Part shown: piece by piece, positions 8,063-17,027 of the stretch | How positions within the stretch are numbered: the first letter of the stretch is position 1 | Layout of the letters: every line of letters starts with the position of its first letter | Source of the DNA: Bacillus sp. CGMCC 1.16607 | GTDB taxonomy: Bacteria; Bacillota; Bacilli; Bacillales; Cytobacillaceae | DNA: 24,000 nt | NCBI RefSeq assembly: GCF_042683745.1 | Contig: NZ_JBHUJX010000019.1 | Location: forward strand, 203,978-227,977 | Reading direction: 5' to 3' | Notes under the pieces: generated by a model | Database searches by the model: none | The model's input: only the letters and a program-made list of their open reading frames with translations | What the model was told of the DNA's origin: nothing | Position numbers and translations under genes: made by a program

Positions 8063-9160
8063 ATGATTTTACAAGAAAAGGTGCAGACTCTCCCTTCATC
8101 CCCTGGTGTTTATTTAATGAAAGATTCCGTCGGCGGAGTTATTTATGTAGGTAAGGCAAAAAATCTTAAAAGACGAGTTCAATCATATTTTCGAGACTCA
8201 AAGGGGCATTCTCCAAAAATAAAAAAGCTAGTAAAACATTTGAAGGATTTTGATTACATTCTGACCGATACAGAATTTGAAGCTTTTTTGCTGGAATGTC
8301 ACTTAATAAAAGAAATCAAACCAATCTACAATCGAAAAATGAAAAATCCTGGGTCATTTGTCTATATTAAGATTCACCAGACAAAAAGGAGCCCCAAGAT
8401 TGAAATAACCAATTGGTTCATGGAGGATGACGATCATTTTTATTTCGGTCCCTATACAAGTAGAAGTACTGTGGAAAAAGCAATCCAAGGTATTAAAGAA
8501 TGTTTTCAATTACTTTGCTCGAATCCCGCAAACAGCGGGTCTGCCTGTTTAAACTATTCCTTAGGATTGTGCAATGGAATTTGCCTTGGTGGTTCTGCGG
8601 TAGAAGAATATAACCGCATCATTGAAAAAGTCATTTCCTTACTTAATGGTACCGACATGGGCCTTATTAATGAAATGCAGCAAAAGATGCATAATGCTTC
8701 GCTTCATTTTGATTTTGAATCAGCAGCCAAGTATAGAGATCATATAGATGCAGTAGCCTTCTTACTAAAAAAAGAAAAAGTGATTGAATTCACAGAGCAG
8801 AACAAAAATATAGCCATCATCGAATCATTGACTCCATCAACTATCAAGCTTTTTCTTATTAAGAGGACAGAAATTCTTTTTACTGAAAAGTATGTTCTTA
8901 ATGACTTTCAATTAGGGGATTTAAGATCAATAATAAAGGAAAAAATATTGATGTATTTTAAAATGAAGGATAGAACATTTGTTGAAGTGGACAGAAATGA
9001 AATCGATGAAGCTCAGATTATATATAGTTATCTAACTAGCAAGCATTGCAACTATTTTGTTATCCAAGATAACTGTTTAGAAAATGAGAACAATGCCAAA
9101 CTAGGTGAAGAAATAACCCAGTTACTTGAAATTCAATACACAAAAAAACACTCAGGTTGA
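8063..9160 (+). CDS. UvrC-like GIY-YIG nuclease family protein lacking the UvrC C-terminal half
   Basis: LPSSPGVYLMKDSVGGVIYVGKAKNLKRRVQSYF (GIY-YIG), UVR-like LHFDFESAAKYRDHIDAV; ends before RNase H-like and HhH domains. Confidence 0.9.
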   Translation: MILQEKVQTLPSSPGVYLMKDSVGGVIYVGKAKNLKRRVQSYFRDSKGHSPKIKKLVKHLKDFDYILTDTEFEAFLLECHLIKEIKPIYNRKMKNPGSFVYIKIHQTKRSPKIEITNWFMEDDDHFYFGPYTSRSTVEKAIQGIKECFQLLCSNPANSGSACLNYSLGLCNGICLGGSAVEEYNRIIEKVISLLNGTDMGLINEMQQKMHNASLHFDFESAAKYRDHIDAVAFLLKKEKVIEFTEQNKNIAIIESLTPSTIKLFLIKRTEILFTEKYVLNDFQLGDLRSIIKEKILMYFKMKDRTFVEVDRNEIDEAQIIYSYLTSKHCNYFVIQDNCLENENNAKLGEEITQLLEIQYTKKHSG

Positions 9161-9165
9161 GTGTT
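9147..9165. terminator. Bidirectional terminator between the UvrC-like and PspA-like genes
   Basis: AACACTC-aggtt-GAGTGTT with tctttt on plus and TTTTTTT on minus. Confidence 0.8.
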
Positions 9166-9183
9166 CTTTTGTGTTACATATGA

Positions 9184-9825
9184 TTACGAGATCGATTTGT
9201 TTTCTCCCATCTCTTTCTCTAATTGAGCAACTCTTGCATCAATCGTACTGCGGTAATAAGAATGATTTACTTGGTGTTCTAAACGATCCAGATAACCTTC
9301 AATTTCTTGGAAACGAGAAATTGATGAATCGGAATAAGTATTGGATTTCAAAACTTGGTCCATACGGTGGTTCGCTCTTGTTACATTTTCACGTCCCATT
9401 AATTCTAACCGACGTATATTCATATCTTTCAGTTTGTGTTTCATTTTTTCATATTTTCTTTCTAATTCCCCGAGCTGCCCGATTACTTGTTTTAGGGACT
9501 CATTTAAGCGTTCGGCACGTCCAGCATATTGCTCTAACTCAGCTACTGCAAATTGATAAAGCTCCGTTTCCCCTGCCTTGGCTGCAATTTCAGCTTGATG
9601 TTTTCTTTTCTCCACCATTTCCTCGGCTTCTTTCACTTCCCTAATAAATCCTTCTTTTAATGCGTGTTGACGCTCCACTAGCTTACCTACTTTTTCTGTT
9701 TCTTGCTCGCATTGGCGAAGATATTGATTAAGTAGAAGTATCGGATTTTTGCTTTCTGTTTTATCAAGTGCCCCATTTAAATCTGCAGCTATAGTATCCT
9801 TTAATCTTATAAATAAGTTTGTCAT
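9184..9825 (-). CDS. PspA/IM30 (LiaH-like) family protein
   Basis: 213-aa coiled coil with PspA architecture (NPILLLNQYLRQCEQETEKVGKLVERQ...LMGRENVTRANHRMDQ). Confidence 0.88.
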   Translation of the reverse strand: MTNLFIRLKDTIAADLNGALDKTESKNPILLLNQYLRQCEQETEKVGKLVERQHALKEGFIREVKEAEEMVEKRKHQAEIAAKAGETELYQFAVAELEQYAGRAERLNESLKQVIGQLGELERKYEKMKHKLKDMNIRRLELMGRENVTRANHRMDQVLKSNTYSDSSISRFQEIEGYLDRLEHQVNHSYYRSTIDARVAQLEKEMGENKSIS

Positions 9826-9845
9826 GTCATTTCTCTCCTTTAATT

Positions 9846-10193
9846 TTAATAATTTTTCAAGTCATTCCATTGTTTTTCAAAATTAACAAATGGATCTGTT
9901 TCTTCTTTTACTACTGCATATTTCTTCCCATTCCATTTTTTATATACTAGGTAGAGTATATAAGCAGCTACTAAGCCGATGATTGCAGGAACATTATGAA
10001 TGCTTGCCATAAGAACGAAGAAACCGATGATTCCTATGCCAATTTTTCCACCTGTTGATTCTGCCTTTAAAAATTGTTTATAAATAAAGTATAGAAGTAC
10101 TAAGCTAACTAGTAGCCCAATCATCGGACCAATCGTAGAAAGTAATACAATTGCTGCAACTCCACCTGCTAAAAGTAAACCAAATTTTTTCAT
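9846..10193 (-). CDS. LiaI-like / lmo0954-type small membrane protein
   Basis: MKKFGLLLAGGVAAIVLLSTIGPMIGLLVSLVLLYFIYKQF; start moved to 10193 because AAAGGGTG precedes this ATG. Confidence 0.8.
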   Translation of the reverse strand: MKKFGLLLAGGVAAIVLLSTIGPMIGLLVSLVLLYFIYKQFLKAESTGGKIGIGIIGFFVLMASIHNVPAIIGLVAAYILYLVYKKWNGKKYAVVKEETDPFVNFEKQWNDLKNY

Positions 10194-10319
10194 TTTGTTT
10201 TCACCCTTTCTTGATCTTGATATCATCTTACCTCCATTCCAACTTTCTCATAACGAGCTTGAGCTTTATTTTGGAATAGGTCTTAAGGTGTAGAGAGGGT
10301 CAGTCTATTTATAAAAAAA

Positions 10320-10357
10320 GTGCCAGGAACCACGAAGAAATTCGTGGTCCCTGGCAC
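10320..10357. terminator. Strong terminator hairpin downstream of the PTS IICB gene
   Basis: gtgccaggaaccacgaa-gaaa-ttcgtggtccctggcac, 17-bp arms with one mismatch, flanked by A7 and T4; T tract on the minus strand. Confidence 0.88.
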
Positions 10358-10370
10358 TTTTGTATGCATT

Positions 10371-11810
10371 TTAATTGCGAATTTTTTCAATTTCATCTGC
10401 AACGAATTGTACAGATGTTCCTACAATCACTTGGATGCTCTGTGGTCCGACAATATTTATTCCCGGAACACCTGTAGATTTAATTTTACTTTGGTCTACC
10501 GCGTTCATATCTTTCACTTCGACTCTTAACCGAGTGATACAATTGTCAACCGATACTACATTCGCATCTCCACCAAGCCCTTCATAAATTTTTGCAGCCA
10601 TTGCTGCAAAGTTTCCTTTAGAAATAGGCTCCATACCTGTATCATCATCCGTATCATCTTCTCTACCTAATGTGATTAAGTTGAATTTTGTAATTAGGAA
10701 GCGGAATAATACATAGTAAATGACGGCAAAAACAAGTCCTTGTACTAATAACATATAGGGTTGGTTGGCAATTGGATTTCGCAAACTTAGGAAAAAGTCG
10801 ATAAATCCAGCGCTAAAGGCAAATCCTGCTGTCCAGTGAAAAAGGGAAGCAATCACTAAAGAAATACCTGTTAATGCGGCATGGACTAAATAAAGAACTG
10901 GCGCAACAAACATAAACGCAAATTCAAGTGGTTCTGTAACCCCTGTAAAGAAGGAAGCAAAGCCTGCGGCAACCATCAATGAAGCGACTTGTTTTTTCTT
11001 TTTTGTTTTTGCTGTATGGTACATCGCTAATGCTGCAGCTGGGAGACCAAACATCATAATTGGGAAGAATCCAGCTTGGTACATTCCTGTTACACCTTTT
11101 TCGCCCTTACCAGACAAGAAGTTACCTATATCATTGATTCCAGCTACATCGAACCAGAAAACAGAATTTAACGCATGGTGTAATCCAGTAGGAATTAATA
11201 ATCGATTGAAGAAACCATATAAACCTGCACCAACAGCACCTAAATCACTAATCCCTTTTCCAAAGGAAACTAATGCCGAAAAAATGACTGGCCACGCAAA
11301 GAATAAAATTAAAGAAACGAATAGCATCGAAACCGCTGTCATAATTGGCACCAATCTTTTTCCACTAAAGAAAGCCAAAGCATCTGGCAATTGAACATGA
11401 CTGAATCGATTGTACATGATAGAGGCAATGATCCCTGAAAGAATCCCTACAAAAGCATTTCCTATTTTTACAAATGCAGGGTCTACATTTGCCGGATCTA
11501 TTTCTTTTAGTAGAGCAACTGAATTCGTTGAAAGTAAGGTCGTAACAACTAAAAATGCTACCAGTCCACTTAAAGCCGAGGAGCCATCCTTGTCTTTTGA
11601 CATCCCTAAGGCTACCCCTACCGCGAATAAAACCGGAATATTATCAATTACGGAAGCACCCGCTTTAATTAAGAAAGCTGCTATGGGACTGCCTGCTCCC
11701 CAGCCTGTAGGATCGATCCAATATCCAATCCCCATTAAAATAGCAGCAGCTGGTAACACAGCAACAGGCAGCATCAATGATCGGCCAAGCCTTTGAAGAT
11801 ATTTCTTCAT
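10371..11810 (-). CDS. nagE: PTS transporter subunit IICB, N-acetylglucosamine/glucose family
   Basis: IIC (FFNRLLIPTGLHHALNSVFWF, GFFPIMMFGLPAAALAMY, FTGVTEPLEFAFMF) and IIB (VVSVDNCITRLRVEV); start at 11810 behind AAGGAGG. Substrate and symbol inferred from similarity to GlcNAc-type proteins. Confidence 0.8.
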   Translation of the reverse strand: MKKYLQRLGRSLMLPVAVLPAAAILMGIGYWIDPTGWGAGSPIAAFLIKAGASVIDNIPVLFAVGVALGMSKDKDGSSALSGLVAFLVVTTLLSTNSVALLKEIDPANVDPAFVKIGNAFVGILSGIIASIMYNRFSHVQLPDALAFFSGKRLVPIMTAVSMLFVSLILFFAWPVIFSALVSFGKGISDLGAVGAGLYGFFNRLLIPTGLHHALNSVFWFDVAGINDIGNFLSGKGEKGVTGMYQAGFFPIMMFGLPAAALAMYHTAKTKKKKQVASLMVAAGFASFFTGVTEPLEFAFMFVAPVLYLVHAALTGISLVIASLFHWTAGFAFSAGFIDFFLSLRNPIANQPYMLLVQGLVFAVIYYVLFRFLITKFNLITLGREDDTDDDTGMEPISKGNFAAMAAKIYEGLGGDANVVSVDNCITRLRVEVKDMNAVDQSKIKSTGVPGINIVGPQSIQVIVGTSVQFVADEIEKIRN

Positions 11811-12008
11811 TCGAACCTTCCTCCTTGTCAATATAACCTTTTAACGTCTGTTACTAATAAGAATGAATAATTTCAAATATGTGATGTGATTTTAAGTTAA
11901 GTAAATTTAGCTCTCACCTTCTTTCCTTTAATATCTTTGAAGACGTGGAGATCTCATTTTATATGAATATTCGGTAAATTAGGAGCATACCGCTACTCAC
12001 CATACTAA

Positions 12009-12497
12009 TCATTTTGCATTTACTGTCATAATCACGGTTTCACCTTGAATACCTTCCTTTTCTTCCGTAATGGTATACACTTTATCTCCTCCATGACTAT
12101 TTGTAATGACGATCGGTGTGATGATGCTTTTTGCATGAGTACGGATATATTCCCAATCAACTTTAACCAGCAACTGGCCAACAGATACCGTTTCACCCAA
12201 ACTGACATCTACTTTAAAACCTTCTCCCTTTAAAGAAACCGTTTCCAAACCTATATGAATGAGAATTTCTGAACCATCCTTCGCAAGAATGCCGATAGCA
12301 TGCTTCGTAGGGGCAATTTGAATAATCTTCCCCTCTACTGGAGCACAAATATTCCCCCCAACTGGAATAACAGCTATCCCCTGCCCCATCATCTTTTGAC
12401 TGAAAACGGGATCAGGAACCTTCTCAATGGGGACTATCTCACCATTGACTGGCATAACTATTTGTAATTTTTCTTTTTTAAAAAGATTAAATAGCAT
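12009..12497 (-). CDS. PTS glucose-type IIA component
   Basis: Crr-like IIA (DPVFSQKMMGQGIAVIP...KHAIGILAKDGSEILIHIGLETVSLKGEGF); start at 12497 behind AAGGAG; 12515 is a GTG overlapping that RBS. Confidence 0.92.
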   Translation of the reverse strand: MLFNLFKKEKLQIVMPVNGEIVPIEKVPDPVFSQKMMGQGIAVIPVGGNICAPVEGKIIQIAPTKHAIGILAKDGSEILIHIGLETVSLKGEGFKVDVSLGETVSVGQLLVKVDWEYIRTHAKSIITPIVITNSHGGDKVYTITEEKEGIQGETVIMTVNAK

Positions 12498-12600
12498 TTC
12501 TTCCTTCTCCTTCACTAAGACTTTAGATGATGATTACTATATTTTTATTACTTGTATTAGAGAATAAGTACTACAGGTTCCTCCTAAAAAAATAAAAAGT

Positions 12601-12648
12601 GTCAAATACGCCCAAAAACAACAGTTTTTTTGGTGTATTTGACACTAA
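12601..12648 (-). terminator. Intrinsic terminator of the desKR unit
   Basis: Minus strand GTGTCAAATACACC...GGCGTATTTGACAC followed by TTTTTATTTTTTT. Confidence 0.88.
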
Positions 12649-12650
12649 TA

Positions 12651-13250
12651 TTATTTAAACCAGCCCTTTTCTTTCGACTGGGTTATGGCTTCGATTCGAT
12701 TTTTTACTTCAAGTTTGTCCAAGATGGTAGATATATAATTCCTTACGGTTCCCGTCTTTATACTAAGTTCATTAGCTATTTCATTGGTGTTCTTTCCATT
12801 AGCTACAAGTTCTAATACTTCCTTTTCACGGTCCGTAAGCGGATTTTCCTCACCATAAACATCTTCAATTAGTTCTGGTGCATATATTCGTTTTCCATCC
12901 ATGACGCTTCGAATCGAGCTTGCCAACTCTTCACTCGGACTATCCTTCAGTAAATATCCGCATACTCCCGCTTTTAATGCACGTTGAAAATAACCGGTTC
13001 TTGCGAAAGTCGTTAAGATAATCACCTTACAGTTTAGACCTTTAAGTTCTTCCGCTGCTTCGAGCCCGCTTTTACCTGGCATTTCAATATCCATTATGCA
13101 AACATCTGGTTGGAGTTTCTTTACAAGAGCTATTGCTTCTTCCCCGTTAGAAGCCTTGCCCACTACTTCCATATCATCCTCTAAATTAAGCAATGAACCA
13201 AAAGCTCCTAACAGCATTTGCTGGTCTTCAGCAATAACGATTGTAATCAT
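12651..13250 (-). CDS. desR: Response regulator DesR (NarL/LuxR-type)
   Basis: Very close recalled match to Bacillus DesR (IAEDQQMLLGAFGSLLNLEDDMEVVGKASNG...PSEELASSIRSVMDGKRIYAPEL...KLEVKNRIEAITQSKEKGWFK). Confidence 0.93.
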   Translation of the reverse strand: MITIVIAEDQQMLLGAFGSLLNLEDDMEVVGKASNGEEAIALVKKLQPDVCIMDIEMPGKSGLEAAEELKGLNCKVIILTTFARTGYFQRALKAGVCGYLLKDSPSEELASSIRSVMDGKRIYAPELIEDVYGEENPLTDREKEVLELVANGKNTNEIANELSIKTGTVRNYISTILDKLEVKNRIEAITQSKEKGWFK

Positions 13251-14383
13251 TTCATTTCCTCCCTATCTGCCTGCTTAACATCATTTGGTACCTTCATGAT
13301 TAAGGTTGTGCCTTCTTTTGTCAATAAATCAAGACTACCGTTTACAAATTCTAAACGTTCTCTCATACCGATTAGTCCGTGACCTTTCACTTCCGTATCC
13401 TCAGAAATCTTAAAAGTTCCATTATCTTGTATAGTAATCATAATTTCCTTCCATGATTGTTCAATATAAACTGAACAAATAGTAGCTCCACTATGTTTAA
13501 CTACATTGGTTACAGCCTCTTTCAAGCACATACTTAAAATATTTTCAGTAAGCAATGAAACATTCTTCAATGCAAAATCCTCGTCCCCAAGAAAGGTAAT
13601 TTGAGCAGCATCCAATATTTGTTTAATTCGTACCATTTCATCCTTCAAGCGAATTCCACGCATCGAAGAAACCATCTTCCTCACTTCATTTAAGGCAGTT
13701 CTTGCGGTCTGCTGAACATCCCTCAGTTCATTACGTGCCTGTTCAGGATTTTTTTGAATTAATCGTCTTGCCAGATCACTCTTTAAACCGATTAGAGAAA
13801 GCTTTTGCCCCAATGTATCATGGAGATCACGGGCAATTCGCTGACGTTCTTCTATTTTAATTAGCTCAGAAATCTTCTTATTTGCATCTTCAAGTTTTTC
13901 TTCCAACTGACCCATTTCTTTTTTATTTCGAATATTGAAAGGGAGAAGGATTACACTAATCCAAATGATAAAGACAATTGGCAATTGCTTAATGAATAAA
14001 CCTTCCTTCAGAACGATGCTAAGGTTGATTGAAACAGATGTACTAATTAAATGCACAAAATACAAGGTGAAAAAAGCAACACGATTTTTTACATTGCCAA
14101 TCAAATACGCTAAGAAGAAGGCAAAATAAACATAACTGAAAAGATTTGTTGCCGTTACTGATATTCCAATCAATATGAAGGTCCAAAGATAAATAGTCCA
14201 ACCTTTAGATAAAAACGCAATGCGATAAATAATAAAGAATAAGACAGTAAGCGAAACCCCCACAACAATTTGAATCGTTGAAGAAGATTGAAAAATAAAA
14301 TAAAACGGTAATATCGCAAGAATCGTCCAGATATAAGGAGATATCCCGTTAATCTTCTGGAATGTCAAATACCTTTTAAACAT
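13247..14383 (-). CDS. desK: Sensor histidine kinase DesK
   Basis: Multi-TM N-terminus, HisKA_3 (ERQRIARDLHDTLGQKLSLIGLKSDLA), ATPase domain (DNGTF...GHGLIGMRERLEFVNG); overlaps desR start by 4 nt. Confidence 0.92.
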   Translation of the reverse strand: MFKRYLTFQKINGISPYIWTILAILPFYFIFQSSSTIQIVVGVSLTVLFFIIYRIAFLSKGWTIYLWTFILIGISVTATNLFSYVYFAFFLAYLIGNVKNRVAFFTLYFVHLISTSVSINLSIVLKEGLFIKQLPIVFIIWISVILLPFNIRNKKEMGQLEEKLEDANKKISELIKIEERQRIARDLHDTLGQKLSLIGLKSDLARRLIQKNPEQARNELRDVQQTARTALNEVRKMVSSMRGIRLKDEMVRIKQILDAAQITFLGDEDFALKNVSLLTENILSMCLKEAVTNVVKHSGATICSVYIEQSWKEIMITIQDNGTFKISEDTEVKGHGLIGMRERLEFVNGSLDLLTKEGTTLIMKVPNDVKQADREEMK

Positions 14384-14558
14384 ACAAGATACCTCTTTTT
14401 AATTTTTTTCAAATATATACCTTACTTCTCTCCATATCTTACCACTTCGTCTATGGTATGAGGGAGAAATTTGTATTCAAAGGAGTACGAGCACATATTT
14501 TTTTACGAAAAATCCAAACTAAAAACTGCTGCTATTACTTCAAAGGGAGTTGGTTTGT

Positions 14559-14969
14559 TTGAAATGGCAAAAGAGGATATTATCCATGATCCAGGACCGT
14601 CAAGATAAAAAAATAGCACTTGCTGTTGACACCTCAAGTGTCGAAGTACGCTCTATTTTAATAAACAATATTGTGAAATTGTTTGAAACCGTGAAACCTG
14701 AAACCATCCTTGTCCAAGCAGATTTCAAAATCCGAAGTATCACTCCCGTAAAAGCGGATACCATCAAATATTATTCGCACGGAAAATCGTCCTATACGTT
14801 AGTATTAGAATGGGCAAAAAATGAAAATATCGATACATTATTCTACATTACCGATGTTACAGGTTATATTTATGAAGAAATAACAAGCGTGGATTACGAA
14901 TTATTTTGGTTAGTTCCGGATGAATTCCTTCCAAAAGTGCCTTTCGGAAAAGCGATAAAGGTTGCCTAA
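14559..14969 (+). CDS. VWA-like domain protein resembling the C-terminus of DUF2201-type proteins; possibly a gene remnant
   Basis: IALAVDTSS ... DTLFYITDVTGYI ... YELFWLVPDEFLPKVPFGKAIKV; start proposed at TTG 14559 behind caaagggag. Confidence 0.55.
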   Translation: MKWQKRILSMIQDRQDKKIALAVDTSSVEVRSILINNIVKLFETVKPETILVQADFKIRSITPVKADTIKYYSHGKSSYTLVLEWAKNENIDTLFYITDVTGYIYEEITSVDYELFWLVPDEFLPKVPFGKAIKVA

Positions 14970-14973
14970 ATTA

Positions 14974-15250
14974 GAAAAGCGTAAGCGCACTTGTAAGCTC
15001 CGATAAAGAAGACTGGTTGATTGGCGAGTGTAGCGAAGCCAGAGACCTAGTCGCACTTAGCAAAACGTTCTTTGGTTTGCCAAGCAAATGCTTCGAAACC
15101 CAGAAAGTCGTTCTTTGACTTTTTGGGTTTCGAACATTTGACCTCGAGATCGACAATAACGCGACCTCCTGTCGCTTTGTCGACACTAGTACGTAGTACG
15201 TCCTGTACGTCGGGGCTAGGCGCTGGAGCTGGACAATTTTCGCAGTCCAA
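14974..15250 (+). repeat. Dispersed intergenic repeat, copy C (long form)
   Basis: gaaaagcgtaagcgcacttgtaagctccgataaagaagactgg ... tacgtcggggctaggcgctggagctggacaattttcgcagtcc. Confidence 0.9.
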
Positions 15251-15259
15251 AAATTTCCT

Positions 15260-16834
15260 TCAATTCACTAACACATCAATTAATGTTAATTCTGATGGAT
15301 TGCTTAAGGCTGTCGTCAACATTTGTTCGAAATCAGCTAAATCTTTAGGTCTTACTCCTTTTATTCCAAAGCTCTTCGCTAATTGAACATAGTCAGGGTT
15401 TCCGAATGGTGTCCCGAAAGTACTATTAAATTTTTTTAACATCATTTGTTCTTCCAATTTCAATTTTCCATCGTTTAAAATAATGATAATCAATGAAGTG
15501 CCTAGGCGTTTTGCCGTCTCGATTTCAGCAAAATTCATCAAGGCTCCGCCATCGCCAGTAATACAAATAACATGTTCATCTGGGCATGCTAGTTTAGCCC
15601 CTATCGCACCAGGTATCGCGATTCCCATTGATGCTAAACCATTTGAAATAATCAGACCGTTCGCCTTCTTTGGTTGATAAGTGCGAGCAATGGATACTTT
15701 ATGAGCACCTACATCCGAGATGACAATCGATTTATCGGACGACAGTTTTTCTATTACGCTTATTACATTTTCTATTGATAGTAAAGGGTTCACTTCATTC
15801 GTATCGATTTGATAAGATTGTTTGATCTGTTCTTTCAGATTCCCACTTGGAACCCATGGTTTAGGTGAGGGCTCAAGCTTATGTAAAAATTGTTTTACTT
15901 CTCCCACCAATTCTAATTGCACAGGATAATATTCATCCATTTCTGCTGGTAGTGCATCAATATGTAATATAGGGAGTTTCTTTTTATTCCAATCCTTTGG
16001 TAGTCTTTCAACTAAATCAAATCCTATAACAATCAGTAAGTCTGATTCATCTATCACACGAGTAGCTTCATCCTTCTCTTTAAACCCAAACGTAAAGTAA
16101 TTGAGTGGGTGATTTTTAGAGAGTATACCTTTAGCCGTAAAACTATGAATAGCGGGTGACTGAAGTTTTTCAATAAAGGCTTGTACTTCCCCTATAGCGT
16201 TTTGCCTAATCACTCCATTTCCAATAATAATAAGTGGTTTCTTAGATTGTTGAATGAGTGAATAGGCATCTTTTATTGACTGTTCCACTGGACTAGTTGA
16301 AGGAATAGGTATAACTGGTAACGGAATAGTTGAAATCATTTGCGCTGCTAAATTCTCTGGTAATTCTATTAATACAGCTCCTGGCTTTTCCATTTTTGCT
16401 AATCGAAATGCCTTTCTAATGATCTCAGCCGTCGTTTCGGAATTTTTTATTTGGACACTCCACTTTGTTGAAGGTTCAAAAATTTTAACTAAATCCAAAT
16501 ATTGATGAGATTCTTTATGTTGCCTTTCAAAACCTGCCTGTCCTGTAATTGCTACAACCGGTGAATAGTCTAAATTTGCACTTGCAATTCCTGTTAATAA
16601 GTTGATAGCTCCAGGTCCTAATGTGGCTAAACATACTCCAACCTTATTTGATAATCGACCGTAGACATCTGCCATGAAAGCAGCACTCTGCTCATGCCGA
16701 ACAGTGATATACTGAATGTTTTGTGATTTTGACAAAGAATCAATTAGGTCGACTGTTTCTGAGCCCATGATTCCAAATATATACTCGACCCCTTCATTTT
16801 CTAAACATTGAACCATTAAATCTGTAACCTTCAT
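15260..16834 (-). CDS. Acetolactate synthase large-subunit-like thiamine pyrophosphate enzyme
   Basis: TPP enzyme domains (VEYIFGIMGSETVDLIDSL, RHEQSAAFMADVYGR, LATLGPGAINLLTGIA, CITGDGGALMNFAEIETA); start at MKVTDLM, 16834. Confidence 0.88.
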   Translation of the reverse strand: MKVTDLMVQCLENEGVEYIFGIMGSETVDLIDSLSKSQNIQYITVRHEQSAAFMADVYGRLSNKVGVCLATLGPGAINLLTGIASANLDYSPVVAITGQAGFERQHKESHQYLDLVKIFEPSTKWSVQIKNSETTAEIIRKAFRLAKMEKPGAVLIELPENLAAQMISTIPLPVIPIPSTSPVEQSIKDAYSLIQQSKKPLIIIGNGVIRQNAIGEVQAFIEKLQSPAIHSFTAKGILSKNHPLNYFTFGFKEKDEATRVIDESDLLIVIGFDLVERLPKDWNKKKLPILHIDALPAEMDEYYPVQLELVGEVKQFLHKLEPSPKPWVPSGNLKEQIKQSYQIDTNEVNPLLSIENVISVIEKLSSDKSIVISDVGAHKVSIARTYQPKKANGLIISNGLASMGIAIPGAIGAKLACPDEHVICITGDGGALMNFAEIETAKRLGTSLIIIILNDGKLKLEEQMMLKKFNSTFGTPFGNPDYVQLAKSFGIKGVRPKDLADFEQMLTTALSNPSELTLIDVLVN

Positions 16835-16912
16835 CGTCCTCTTCCCTTCCAAAAATAGGTCAATAAAACTGTTTGAAATTAGTTTTATCCAATATTTTCT
16901 TTTTCATGTTAA

Positions 16913-16953
16913 GAAAAGCGGAAGCGCCTTTATTAGCCCCAATAAAGAAGACT
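16913..16953 (+). repeat. Dispersed intergenic repeat, copy D (left-end fragment)
   Basis: gaaaagcggaagcgcctttattagccccaataaagaagact. Confidence 0.7.
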
Positions 16954-17027
16954 AAAAAAAGTTTGTATAATTCACTGGCTAGTCAAGTATGATTAAGTTA
17001 GAAATTCATTTTTATGGGGTGGAAATC

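Noticed and set aside
7792-8154. ORFs 7792..7998(-) and 7843..8154(+)
   Set aside because: They arise from the GC-rich repeat at 7840-7971; the plus ORF also runs into the true UvrC-like gene in another frame.
10320-10529. Plus-strand ORF starting in the terminator hairpin and other plus ORFs opposite the PTS gene (10375..10587, 11134..11394, 11410..11796)
   Set aside because: Antisense shadows of a strongly supported coding gene; no family-like sequence.
14971-15250. ORFs 14971..15186(-), 15047..15250(-) and the start of 15072..15386(+)
   Set aside because: They lie on dispersed repeat copy C. The peptide STKRQEVALLSISRSN reappears as STMRQDVVLLSTSRSN in the 7437..7619(-) ORF only because the DNA repeat is shared; no RBS context supports translation.
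1141-15250. CRISPR-like array from repeated segments
   Set aside because: The copies are kilobases apart, variable in length and orientation, with no regular short repeat-spacer pattern and no cas genes.
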